NCBI GenBank assembly: GCA_001949185.1
Contig: BDGG01000003.1
Location: 5,267,092 to 5,331,091, forward strand
DNA: 64,000 bases
Origin: Ramazzottius varieornatus
Taxonomy: Eukaryota; Animalia; Tardigrada
Direction of reading: 5' to 3'
Part shown: in pieces, positions 52,669 through 64,000 of the stretch
How positions within the stretch are numbered: position 1 is the stretch's first letter
Layout: every line of letters begins with the position of its first letter
Program-made: the position numbers and the translations under genes
Notes under the pieces: generated by a model
Told to the model about the DNA's origin: nothing
The model's database searches: none
The model's input: only the letters and a program-made list of their open reading frames with translations

Positions 52669-54773
52669 AGTGATGCAAATTTGATAGTACGATAAGACGG
52701 CAGCCTGATATTTATTTTAATTTTTAAAGGATGCTCTTACGTTGTTGATATGCGTTGCTGTGTTGTACGGCTGTAGATTTTCGTCAAAGCATTGTGAAGA
52801 GGATTTTATCATGACGGTTTATTGTCTGTTTTGTGGATTGTACAGTTCGACGGCAGTGTCGTAAAATACAGCCGTGATATCATTCACCTGAGTGGGAAGG
52901 TGAATTTACAAGCTCGAAAGAAGAGCGATGAAAAGCGAAAGTCACATTCAGAGTCAAGTCTTTGTCCACGCAATTTGCTCCAGTTTTTGCAAAGAGAATC
53001 GTTTGTGTGAGTGACGAGCGATAGATGAACCAATGTGGGGTGTTTTCCATCAAGAACGATAGACTGCCATCAAACGGAAGCTTCTCGTTTCGCATGGAAT
53101 TGAAACGATAGTCTGAAGAGTACCGTGTTGATCCAGATGACGGAGCTTTTTTGCTAGCTTGGCCGTGCGTTGCATCGTGCATGGCATTGCAGAAATGAGC
53201 GATTGCCTCATATCGTTAACGGTCCATAGCTAGCGACTGCCGCTGCTGCGCGTGTAAAACAATGGCCAGCCTTGTGCAGACCTTATGGCGACGTACCGGA
53301 AGTAAATGAGGCATGAAGACGAGCGCGCCGTTGTTACACACGGGACAAAAACGGCACCTCGTCAAGTGTAATGCACACATAAAACCACGCTCCACTGAAC
53401 CAGCTCTTTACCTCCGACCAAAGTAGCGCAGTGTTCCAAAGAAGACAATTAGGAGGAAAGGGGACAAATTGCTTCTAGATTGACATTACGTAATCTCCAT
53501 CTCCATGCGCCACTTCATCGAATCACTGCGCTACAGTACCCCAACATTTAATAAGCAGGATAAACAACATAGGCCGGCAAAAAAAGTCGTCCTGATCGTT
53601 TTCCCAAGTGGCGCACGCTGTCCATGTTGGTCGCCGGAAACGTACGCCACTTCGGCAAACAATCGAACTCGACAAGATTGTTCTCCCAACTGGCGCACGC
53701 TTCCGGCCGATATCACTCGAAACGGGCGCCACTTAAGAATAAAATCTAGTTGGGTTCATATGCCGAGCTGCCGGTTACTCTTCAGCATGATATCTTTCTG
53801 TCCATTTCTGCTCTGACTATTGTGGAGAATATTTGGGTGACTTCGGCTAATTTTGAGCTCAACGGGAATTGCGAAGATAGAGCGGGATATTCCGAATTTC
53901 ACTCAGGATACTGTGAAAATTAATCTCGACTTTGACGTCGGCGTGGCGTGGCTATGGATAAGATACAGCGCCAATAAAATACCCATCGTAAAAATGAAAT
54001 GGTAAATCAGACAATAAAGTTTGAGTATCGAATCGAAGTCGCATGTTCATTGTTTGGTTTAGAAGACATCGAGAAAATTCCTCACAGGTGCCTCCGCAAA
54101 TGTTAACAGCTTTGCTCCGATCGCCAAAAACCAAGACAGCGAGCTTGGCTGAGGCGAGAACGAAATTTCGGGTGGGCAGCCGATTAGTGATAATAATAAT
54201 CATGTCCATCTCCATAAAACTCCATTCTTGACCGAAGAATAGAATCGTTGGTGGGAGACGACGGATATTGATATCGGTGCACTGTTACAGCGGAACGTGA
54301 TGCAGATGCAGTGAAGCGCGAGGTGTTCCGAACGTGTGGGTAATTAGGGCAGGAGGTGGAGATTGACTGACGGAGACGCCGACCGCCGGCCATTTCGTCA
54401 TTCCACGGCTTATTAGCCAACAGTGCGCACTTTCTCTCGTATTATCCACCGAAGAACAGTCCGTTATGTCATCTCATGCAAAACAGCTTGACTTTGTGGT
54501 CCAGCGACAGTACTAATTATATACCTGTGTAATTAGTGCTTTGGTTTGTTAGTCTAACGTTGAACAAAGCGTGCGAAAACTTGGCGAGATTTTCACGTCC
54601 GATCTTCAACACGCTGTCTTCCGTTGGACATCAATTACTAGACCCAAGGACTATCATTAACGAGGACGAAAGTGTCATCTGGAACCTGCATTTGATCCGT
54701 GTTGAATTCCGGTGTCGGGATGGGCGCCAAGACCTCGAGGATCTCGACGACCTTTCGGAGTTCCCCGTCGTGC

Positions 54774-56671
54774 ATGATATGGCTAGTTTCATTCATCATA
54801 TCTACAACCGTACTAATCCAGGTATTTTATCCTTTTTATTTATGATAGTGTCTTCGGATTTGGTTTAGAGTATGTTTGAGGAATGTCTGCGACAGGTTTT
54901 GGGATATTGTGTAGGGTTGTTGTGGCGCGGAGAACAAACAAGTGGCGACGCCTGGTGGAAGTACGAAGCTGGTCAACTTGGATGCCAAATGTGGGACAGA
55001 GGCCATCAATGTCAAGCTGAAGTTCGACAAACCGTTCAATGGAATAATCTACTCTAAAGGAGCTTTCTATACGCCGGAATGTGTCTACGTCCTTCCGGGT
55101 ACAGGGGAGATGGACTACGCCTTCGATATCCCCATTAGCAAGTGCGAGACGACAGAGATCAAGCCGACGAGTGAGTCGAGGAATGGCGAACACTCTTTCG
55201 AGAATACCATCGTCATGCAGGTGACATGCTTTTTCCCCTGCAAAAAACTGCATGTTTTTCTACCCATATGAAATTTATCATGTGGTAATTAAATCCTTTG
55301 TAGAACGACGCACACTTTCAAGATATGTTCGACGTGGTGCGGAAGATCAAGTGCTCCACTGCGTCCAAGTATGAACGGGTCGTGGACTTCACCCCGTTAA
55401 ATGTGAGTCGTCCATGCACAGATGCTTGTTTCAACTTGAATACTTTTTTTTTGAGATTCCTCACTCGACGGCGCTTTTCATCTCGTTCAGGTGAATATGA
55501 GAGATGTGGTTACAGCTGCATTCACCGGAGACGACGTCAAAGTCAGCATCGATATTCAGAATGGCCACGGACCGTTTGCGCCGAGCATCAATCAAGGTTT
55601 TGTCCAGGTGCGTGTGATCCGACTTCAACTGCGAAGCCGGCAGACAAATTGCTTGAAATCCTTGTGTCAAGTGGCGAACGCTTTCAGCCAGTAACAATGG
55701 AAACATGCGCCACTTGAGATTCCATCTCCAAGTGGCGCACGCCTTTAATGCTGTTGGCTGCGTGCGTGCGCCATCCATCTGTAAGAGCAATCCTGTACGC
55801 GGTGCATGTTTTGCACAGCCTTTGGTTTTATGAATCATTACGTTCGCGGCTTTTTCGGATAGGTATGGCTAGTTAAGACCATGGTTTTCTTCAGATTGGG
55901 GATACGCTTACGCTCATCGTTTACATGACATCCGGTCAAAGCGTCACTTGGGACCTCCAGATCCGCGAGTGCGTCGCTCTCGACAGCAAAGAGCGCGTTT
56001 CCCTTCAGCTTCAAGACAAGAGTGGCTGTGTCACCAAGCCAAAGATCCTCTCTAACTTTGTCACCACCCAAGACCGCAAAAACCCCAACATGCTGGTGGC
56101 CTATTCGTACCTCAAAGCCTTCCGCTTCCCCGACGACATGCAAGTTCAAATCCGCTGTGTCGTCGCAGTCTGCCGCGACGAGTGCCGCAAGACCATCTGC
56201 AGCGGAGCGGACACCCTCTCTGGTCGCAACGCCAGCGAAACCTCCTCTTCTGACGAAGACGAACAAGTATTGACCACCACAGTGGCAAGCGCCACAACAA
56301 GGTCAGCCAACGCCTCCCACGGAATCTTCGGCCAGACTGTCAAGCAACGTGGAGCTTTCGAGCAGCCTTCGGACAAGAGCCAATTCCGCCGGAGACGTCA
56401 ACTGGATAACGCAGCAGCGGGAACCTTGCCACTGCGACATGTCTTCAACGTCATCTCGCCGGAAGACATTCAGAACCTGAGGAACTCCTCGGTGGTCTTT
56501 GTCGACTCGACCATCCCGGCCAACAGCGTCTGTGTCAACCAGGCCATGCTAACCTTGTTACTGTGTTTCCTAATGGCTGTGGTACTGGCAGTCTCTGTCG
56601 CGCTGACACTCATGTGTTTGAGGAACAAGGCACTGCGAAGATCAAAACTAATTGAAATGTATCCTCAGTAA
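54774..56671 (+). CDS. ZP-domain (cuticlin/dusky-like) single-pass membrane protein
   Basis: Signal exon MIWLVSFIISTTVLIQ; ZP-N (C...VKLKFDKPFNGIIYSKG...EC); ZP-C (GCVTKPK, AFRFPD..VQIRCVVAVC); RRRR furin site; C-terminal TM helix. Confidence 0.85.
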
Positions 56672-56800
56672 ACCGAAATCGACGATAATTCGTATTGCGC
56701 ATCGCCTTTCATCTTCCTTTCTGTGTTCCCAATTAATTCAGAAACCTCTTTTCATACGCATCACATCGATATGAATTTTTGGTCGACAAGTGAATTAAGA

Positions 56801-57160
56801 CAACTGACAAGTGAATTAAGGCAATATCGCCGCCTCTGACCCACAAACTAGGATCATTGGTGGATAGGGGAGAGGATCCTTCATTGTCTGAGCCAATAAC
56901 CTAGAACCCTTGGCGTTCTGGGAATAACCTACAGGACACGGAAGTGACGAAAGTTTAGTCGCTTTATGATGGACTTAATGACTGACTGCGCTGATTCGGC
57001 TATATTTTTGTCACTTCCGTGTCCTGTAGTTTATTCAAGGAACGACAGTGAGTCTAGGTTATTAGCTGACAATGAAGGAAACTCTACAGTAATCTCTCCA
57101 CCAGTGATCCTAGTTTGTGGGTTAGAGGCGGCGATATTGCCTTAGTTCACTTGTCAGTTG
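56801..57160. mobile_element. Fold-back MITE (about 360 bp, almost entirely palindromic)
   Basis: CAACTGACAAGTGAATTAAGGCAATATCGCCGCCTCT..CCCACAAACTAGGATCA is mirrored at 57160. An inner pair CTACAGGACACGGAAGTGAC / GTCACTTCCGTGTCCTGTAG is also present. Confidence 0.8.
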
Positions 57161-57397
57161 ATCAGACACCATAATTGCGCTTGCACCAAAAAGTCACCAA
57201 ATAACCATCAAACAGAACCCAGATGTGGCCCAAAACTTGTCTGGACGGATTCAAGGCTGGAGACGCTCTCCGAAGAGGACTTAGGCTTGTTCCATAGCCC
57301 ACTGAATTCTCTACGGACAGGCATGAACACCCTCATACGGACACTTGAGCGCGAAAACGAAAAAGGTGTCTTCTGAACAATTCAGAACGATGAAATG

Positions 57398-58426
57398 CTA
57401 GAGAGTCTCGTTTTTTTCGTCCTTCACTATCCAGCGGAACAAATCTCCGGCCGAAGAGTTCATGTTCATCAGGTTGGCTTTGTTGAATTTTCTGTCATGG
57501 AAGTAAGTATGGAAGGCCGGCCTGTACGACCAGCCTCCCGTAGTTCTGCCAAGCATGAAGGACGATATGTTGGCCCAGGGCGGATTATTGCACACGTTAT
57601 CAACCAAAGTGGCTGTCTGAGGATTGCCTTTTAATATCTCCATTGCTTTGATGCCAATGTTGTATACCCACCTGTCTGGTCTGTAGTCGACATCGAAAGA
57701 TAGTTTTCTGACGAGCGCCGGATACTGCGCCTTTTCCTTGTGCAAACATCCGAAAAAACCCGCGTTCACTTTGTAACCTTCTTTATCGTACGGACTTTCA
57801 GCGCAAATAATGCATGGCGCAGTGTTCAAAAGGCGTCTCACTTCCGTCCCGTTGATGATGTAAACATCAAAGTCCAGCGTTAGTCCGCCATACTGGCGTA
57901 GAACCGAAAGCTTGGCCATGTCGGCCTCGTGATGGAGCCAACGTATTCGCCGACCCTGCATAACAAACCTTCGGGGAAAATACTTGAGATGTATACCGGT
58001 CCAGTTGGTCACTAGTTCACTACAGGAATCCAGAGGCCAGTAGTCTATCACATTTGTGTGGATCATAACCTGGTCGGGTTTCAAGTTCTTCAGGACGGAT
58101 CTCAGGCTGAGGCAGTCCAGATAGGACAAGTCATCATCTCTTGTTGGGCTCTGCGTGCGATAAAGTTTGAAATAATGGACCAGCAACTGAGTGTCACTGG
58201 TTGCAGCGGCTGTATCAAAGGTACTGTTGCTCGATGAGATGTTCTCGCCCATCGGTTTCTCACTAGGTATCGTTCTGTTGTACAGTTGGAGTACAAAACG
58301 CGGAATAGTTGAAAAATGGATGAAAGATATGGGCACAGCAGCAGAGAAAAATATCACTAGTAGAAGTGCACCGACATAGCACCGAAGTGTCCTGGGACTG
58401 AACGACTGAGAATCCTGGATAGCCAT
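57398..58426 (-). CDS. Glycosyltransferase family 32-like (DxD, alpha-1,4-GT type), type II membrane, intronless, 342 aa
   Basis: N-terminal TM helix; CLSLRSVLKNLKPDQVMIH; HEADMAKLSVLRQYGGLTLDFDV matches the GT32 D..R/K..L...GG.Y.D.D pattern. Confidence 0.75.
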   Translation of the reverse strand: MAIQDSQSFSPRTLRCYVGALLLVIFFSAAVPISFIHFSTIPRFVLQLYNRTIPSEKPMGENISSSNSTFDTAAATSDTQLLVHYFKLYRTQSPTRDDDLSYLDCLSLRSVLKNLKPDQVMIHTNVIDYWPLDSCSELVTNWTGIHLKYFPRRFVMQGRRIRWLHHEADMAKLSVLRQYGGLTLDFDVYIINGTEVRRLLNTAPCIICAESPYDKEGYKVNAGFFGCLHKEKAQYPALVRKLSFDVDYRPDRWVYNIGIKAMEILKGNPQTATLVDNVCNNPPWANISSFMLGRTTGGWSYRPAFHTYFHDRKFNKANLMNMNSSAGDLFRWIVKDEKNETL

Positions 58427-59000
58427 CCAGCTTTATCGACAGAACATTCAGATTCTTCCTGTCGGTCATAGACGGTAGAACGGAAAAGATGCAGTACGTA
58501 ATGATAATATCGGTATGAATATGATCGGTGTCACAGCTATGCTACGGGGTTCAACATTAATGGAATACGCTAATATCTACGTGACGTCTACTAGTATCTA
58601 CTAGTATCTACTCGGGTGATATCTACTGGAAGTCTTATACTAACTTTGGTGCTGTAAGCATACTGCAGCTACACTAGGTTGCACAATGGTAAGATAAGGG
58701 ACATGTGGACATAACCAGAGAAAAGAGACTAACATTCGGATGCCGCACAGGCCGCGAGGCGCGACTCCAAAAGTTCAGTCGTTGTGTCGAACCAGGAGGT
58801 TAACAACAGAGTTCATTTACCGTAAAGTTATTCAGCCGTATAGCACGGTAATATCGGAAGTGTGGAAACATGGTGTCATACCTGATTGGGGTAACGGCGG
58901 GAGAAGAGCGACTCGCCCACCGAGCTGCCGTTATCTCTTTGTACTACTTGTATTGCGAGAGCTCCGCCGAAAAGGCTGCCCTTCATTTGAGCACAGTTTC

Positions 59001-59221
59001 GCTCGAGCTTCCTCTGATGAGTTTGCAATTCAGAGTCCCCTTGGGTATTGCCACATAAACTGGCGTCCTCCCAGAATACTGTACATATGGTACTGCAGTT
59101 CTGCATGCAAAATTGCTTCTGTAACGGTCACGTGCTCGCCACAAGCTTTTCCGGGTTGTGTTACATATGGAGTATACTCAAGGGGACTCTGAATCGCAAA
59201 CTCACCAGAGAAAGGTCGAGC
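59001..59221. mobile_element. MITE-like inverted repeat element (about 220 bp)
   Basis: GCTCGAGCTTCCTCTGATGAGTTTGCAATTCAGAGTCCCCTTGGGTAT is mirrored by ATACTCAAGGGGACTCTGAATCGCAAACTCACCAGAGAAAGGTCGAGC. Confidence 0.65.
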
Positions 59222-59866
59222 TCCAGACAGCACGATCCTTTTTTCAGGATGATTCCCTGTTTGTTTTTCTGATTTTTCCAAATTTTTTAGTTTTTGCTGA
59301 GTAATAGCTTTGTGTCTGATCAATCAAATTCGTACGAATCAACTCGCGAAATCATACTTTCGGCTTCCTTCTGGTAACTGCACTGATCAATTTCGTGGGA
59401 TCATCCGTTCTGCCTCTGCCAGATCTCCTGCATCTCTTCACGTTTCCCCACCATCAGAGCTGTCCATCCTACAATTCTTATAGTGTCGAGAACCACATAA
59501 GTCTACCAGGTACGTTTTGTACCCTATGGTGCTGTGGTCAGTTGGCTGCCGTGTGCAGTGTTTTAGGTGGATTCGTCTCAACCGGATGTTGTTTTCCGAA
59601 TAACCGATCAACAATCAGCCGAAAGAACTCACGCTGAACGGCAGAACGCAAAACAATTTTCTGTTTTCCTCCATCAGCTTCCTCCTCTTGCTCAAGCCGT
59701 CTACTCCACTTTGGGCCATATTGGAACAACTCCGGGGGATAGGCACGCTTGCCCCCGGATGTCTGTAGGTTGTTTCCACATCGTAAAAGTGGAGATAAAC
59801 TCGTATAGAGCGGTTTTTTTGGCCTGAGTTCTCTTTCAGGATGTCACGCTGACCCTGACCAGAAAG

Positions 59867-62321
59867 ATGGCCACACCAGACCCCAAGATACCATGCCCGG
59901 AATGTGGAGAGCTGTACACATCTCGAGGCATGAGTAGGCACACCGGAAAGACAGCCTGTGAAACCAACCAGGAGAGAAACAGAAGGAATAATTCAGCTCC
60001 CTCGAGCCAGTCAGTCGTCGCTCCTGCTGATCAGCTGATCGCAACGAAACCGATCCATGAAGGCCTCCAGCATCTGAAAGCCTCAACGAAAGTCATCCGC
60101 AGAATACCAAAAGGCGCTCGTATGCTGGAAGCAACGAGTTTAACGGAAAGAAAAGAAGATGTGCTTCAAAAAAGGTCGGAATCGTCCTGGCGTCATTTGA
60201 TGCTGTTCAGCTCTGCAGGCTTGAAGCAGCCGGACAAAGATATAAGCAAGAAAGGAAACCTCACCACTGCCGTCAAGAGTAACCTCTCAAGACAGCTTGT
60301 TAACCTTGAGTTGAATGGGAAGCAGACTGTGAAAAACACCCAAAAGACGCAGTGCTCAAGAAGTTGGTAGAGGGCAAAATCAACGAAGGCGGTATATGCG
60401 GGGCGCTACGGGTGCTTTCCTCTGAGGAATCGGTGGCAGTTCCAACCCCGGAAGTTCTGGACACTCTTCGAGACACGCATCCTTCAGAAAGCCCAGACAG
60501 TTTGTTCCCAGATCCCCCAGATCAGTTGTCGCTGCCCGAAGAAGTGACGGTGGAGGAAATTCTCGCAGCTGTAAAGAGTTTTCCCAACGGATCTGCTGGT
60601 GGCGTTGATGGTCTGAGACCGCAGCATCTCAAAGACATGCTGTCAGGTGCACCGAACGGGGGCAACGGTGACGCTAGCAGAAGCATTGGCTAAGCTGATT
60701 ACGATGATGCTTTTAGGCAGAATTCCTGACGCTGTTTGCGGTGTACTCTACGGGGCATCGCTCACAGCCCTCAAGAAGAAGATAGGGGCCTGCGACCAAT
60801 TGCTGTGGGAAACACGCTACGTCGTTTGCCAGGCAAGATCGTTGTCAAGAGAGTGGGCCGTGTGATGGAGGAACAGGTCCGTCCTGAGCATGTCGATTGC
60901 GGTACCAGAGGTGGAGCAGAAGCAGGAGTCCATGCAGTTCGCTGCTTCCTTGAAGAGGGAAGAGACGAAAGCCAAGTGCTGCTCAAGCTTGACTCTAAGA
61001 ACGCCTTCAGCACCATACACCGAGAAGTTCTTCTCCGTGTTATTAGAGACTCCTTGCCTAAATACTTTCCGTTTGCCTGGCAGTCTTACCGATATCCCTC
61101 AAAGCTACTGTTTGGTCAACGTACCCTCGAGTCAGCAAGGGGCGTGCAGCAAGGAGACCCGCTGGGGCCCTTATTGTTTTGCGTTCTCATCCAAAAGCTC
61201 ACTTCCCCCCTGAATGTGTGGTACCTCAATGACGGCACCATCGGCGGTAAGATCGAAACCGTCTTGTCAGATTTGCAGGTGGTAATCAGCGAAGGGTGGA
61301 AGCTCGGACTGGAACTGAACTCGGCTAAATGTGAGCTTTTCTGCTTCGGGGGTTCTGCTCTGGAACGCCAAGCCGCGCAGGGAAGAGCAGCCGTCGCCTG
61401 TCCGGCTATTTTCTTTCCTTCCAAGAGCGACCTCAACCTTCTAGGAGCACCACTGATGGAAGAGAGCCTGGAGGAAGCCGTCCGAGCTAAAACAAGTAAG
61501 ATCCGGTTGGTAAACGCAAACTTAAATCTCTTGTTTGCCCACCAGGCCCTTTTCCTGCTCAAGAACTGCCTTCGCCTGCCGAAGTTGCTGTACATTCTCC
61601 GGTGCTCTCCATTATAGAAGGTCCCTGCATTGCTCCGCGAGATGGACGAAGTGGTTCGGTCGAGCCTGTCGGAGATTACCAACACTGGGATGAGTTCCGG
61701 TCCATGGCGGCAAGCGACAATGCCTGTCGGTTTGGGTGGATTAGGCATCCGTCGTACGGAAGAAGTCGCGCTCCCTGCCTTCTTGGCTTCGCTTCATTCT
61801 GTACAACAACTGGTGCTGAGTATCCTGCCTGAAGCCGACTTGTATGGTGAAGCAAACCTCGCTCTCGCCAAAGCTAGTGAGTACTGCTTCGGATAATGAT
61901 AAAGCGCGACTTGTTGCAGTTTCAGATAAGAACTCAGGCTCCTGGCTTCATGCGCTGGTGTCATCCTCGTTGGGAAACCTGCTCGACAACAACGCCCTAC
62001 GGATGAGTATTGGTTTACGCCGCCGAGAAGAGAAAAGATCACGAAGTACGAGGACATCGGAAGCCAATTTGAGTTCTTCCCTGTCGGACTGGAGACCCTT
62101 GGACTTTGGGGTCCTTCCACGACAGCGCTGTTCGAAGCTGTAGGAAGAAAGATGGCGGAAGTAACGGGCGAGCCGAGGTCATTTCAGTTTTTTAAGCAGC
62201 CAGAGTATCCATTGATATTCAACGTGGTAATTGCTATTCTGTTCTGACTACTGTTAAAGATACGAAGGGTCTTGATGAAGTGTTTTATATTCTAGATGTC
62301 AAAAAGGGAAAATCCGTGTAG
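59867..62321 (+). mobile_element. Decayed non-LTR retrotransposon, CRE-like clade (RT plus C-terminal restriction-like endonuclease)
   Basis: N-terminal Zn finger CPECG..RGMSRH; SAGGVDGLRPQHLKD; LRPIAVGNTLRRL; GVQQGDPLGPLLF; WYLNDGT (YLDD mutated); terminal FFPVGLETLG.WG...SIDIQRGN. Several frameshifts, a TAG at about 61615 and an internal deletion near 62020. Confidence 0.85.
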
Positions 62322-62619
62322 CGTTTTTGTTAATTTTGTATCGCTGCTTCCTCATTTTTTAAGTATAGATTATTGTCTTCAAATAAAGATATTTCACGCT
62401 GGCGAAAACAGCTAGTTGGTTAACAAAGAATTGATTACTCTCAGGACCCTGCCGGCCGGACTATGGTACGATCGACAGGGTATGACGTAGCTCGTGCTGC
62501 CTGCTGCGCAATCGGCAGCCACGGCGCGGGGAAACTAGGTAGGAAGGTAGATGATCGTACAATGGTACAATCGCCAGTGGGTGGGTAGGTTGGTCGATCA
62601 CTATTTGTTGACCATTAAT

Positions 62620-62846
62620 CTTCTGCAACCGAACTGCCTTTCTGCACGAGACTGCTGGCCATGCACTGCGCAGCACGATCAGCTGATCGACGTCCGGTTA
62701 TGGCTTGACTCAATCAAGTAATCGAGTACGTGTCCGATCAGCTGATCGGTCTCATGCGAACAATATGGCGAGCAGCCCCGTGTACACGCGTACCGTCCGG
62801 AACTGAAATCGGGCGTTTGAACTGTCACATCTCTCAGGCAGGACTG
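62620..62846. mobile_element. Second, left-truncated copy of the tauD-intron MITE
   Basis: Close match to 41250-41467 (CTTCTGCAACCGAAC...GATCAGCTGATCG...TGTCACATCTCTCAGGCAGGACTG|TA). Confidence 0.8.
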
Positions 62847-64000
62847 TACTGGCCATTCACGTTGATAGGTTGACCGCCCAATCGCAGCTAGTTTATTGAC
62901 CCGTCCTTTCTGTCTATTGGTCAGTGGGCGTGGTAACCGGTCTGGGCGGAGTCCACAGTTTACTGGAGTTGATTATTTGACTGGAAGATGCTTTTTATTA
63001 CGTCAGATGTGACAGAACCTTGGTTCCCATCCTTTGATCTTTCCGCCATAGGCTCAGGCTTGCCATAGTTTCCCCAATTTAGGGGCTTTAGACTGAGTGA
63101 ACAGCTTTCTACGATGACTCGAGCGGTCTATGATTCATTCTAAAGCTCCGCTGGAAGGCCAGCATTTTGGGCGGAGCTCTCGCGAAAGCTCGACCTACTG
63201 ACCTCTATATCTGTTTAGTTTTTCCTGTTTTTGATCAGGCTAACTAAAGTTCACTCAAATCTTTGGAAATGTAACGCATAACAAAATGTTCAATGTCGAT
63301 AGAAGTCATGCAGAATCAACAGGTTCAGATTCCATGTCAGCGCGTCCTGAAGACCGTGTCTGAGTTGAGAAGTTGAGTCCAATCGTGCCACAACTAAAAC
63401 GGAAACGTAAAGGCACTTCGCGACGTTCTGACACGAGGCCCGTGTGCGAAACGATCCGGCATGGTTAAGGGAAGGAAGTACCAAACAGAGAAACTGTACC
63501 GTAGGCATTACAGGCAATAATTCGAGCGCTACTTCTTCGAAGACGGAGTCCTGCACAACCACAGCGACCAACAGAAGTGACTCGCACGCCCCTCATTTGG
63601 TCGACATGCCCAGCGTTGATCATAGTACCAATTACGATCTGTATTCACACTGCGCTACGGGAAGTAATGAGGATCTTTCTAGCTGTGATTCGGACTCCAT
63701 TATTCCTGCTGGATCTTCGGCTTTGAAAAATGCTAGCTGTGAGCAGTGTGATGCACGTGTTACGAAGACTACAGAGTCGACTGGATTGTGCTGTGGTAAC
63801 AAGACGAAAATCCCTCCGAACATATGAAAAATGCCAGCCCTGCCCGTTGAACTGAAGGGACTGTACAGGTCATGCGGAACACTCATCCAAACCTCTTGTC
63901 AGTGTCAGCCCTTGGGACAAGTGGAGGTTTCGAGCAAAAAACCGGCCCAGTAATTTAGTGCTTAGAGAAAAAATATGTCACAGCATGCTACCCGGCAATC

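Larger units (their letters stand above)
662..55775. repeat. Dispersed palindromic module family CAAGTGGCGCAC-N25-GTGCGCCACTTG (roughly 30 clusters, about 50 units, counted by eye)
   Basis: Clusters near 662, 1522, 2245, 3061, 4666, 5741, 7032, 8340, 9934, 11452, 13582, 17267, 18208, 20250, 21198, 24975, 26814, 28035, 29560, 30694, 33278, 35281, 36575, 37392, 39714, 43931, 48296, 48946, 49764, 50284, 51752, 52248, 53606 and 55668. Confidence 0.9.

Noticed and set aside
662-55775. Palindrome-spacer units as a CRISPR array
   Set aside because: The units are dispersed in eukaryotic introns in groups of 1-3. The variable part lies inside the palindrome and shares a consensus, and there are no cas genes.
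58587-58626. Short tandem repeat TCTACTAGTA (about 3 copies)
   Set aside because: Ordinary micro-duplication with no further structure.
63444-63827. 127-aa Ser/Thr/Cys-rich ORF at the window end
   Set aside because: It has a non-ATG start and no recognisable motif. It may be a fragment but cannot be supported.

Overview
Gene-dense animal genomic DNA with compact GT-AG introns, many of them 55-70 nt. A tardigrade-like microinvertebrate is plausible but cannot be proven from this window. Genes in order: C/EBP-type bZIP, DOPA decarboxylase, a second C/EBP-type bZIP with a 24-nt microexon, mRpL38 head-to-head with IWS1, a ninjurin-like gene, EDC4/Ge-1, a secreted Cys-rich protein with no charged residues, an aldo-keto reductase (AKR) pseudogene, an intron-containing bacterial-type TauD dioxygenase, an intact AKR, PDPR, a ZP-domain protein, an intronless GT32 glycosyltransferase and a decayed CRE-clade non-LTR retrotransposon. 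Several TA-flanked MITEs are present. Main findings: (1) a pervasive ~49-bp palindromic module (CAAGTGGCGCAC-N25-GTGCGCCACTTG) with a nearly fixed 25-nt polarised spacer, in clusters of 1-3 in most longer introns and not seen in coding exons; (2) a DNA transposon inserted in a coding repeat that appears to have been rescued as a new intron; (3) a probable horizontally acquired sulfonate dioxygenase with altered substrate residues, lying between two AKR genes. Exon structures were derived by hand and no database searches were run.
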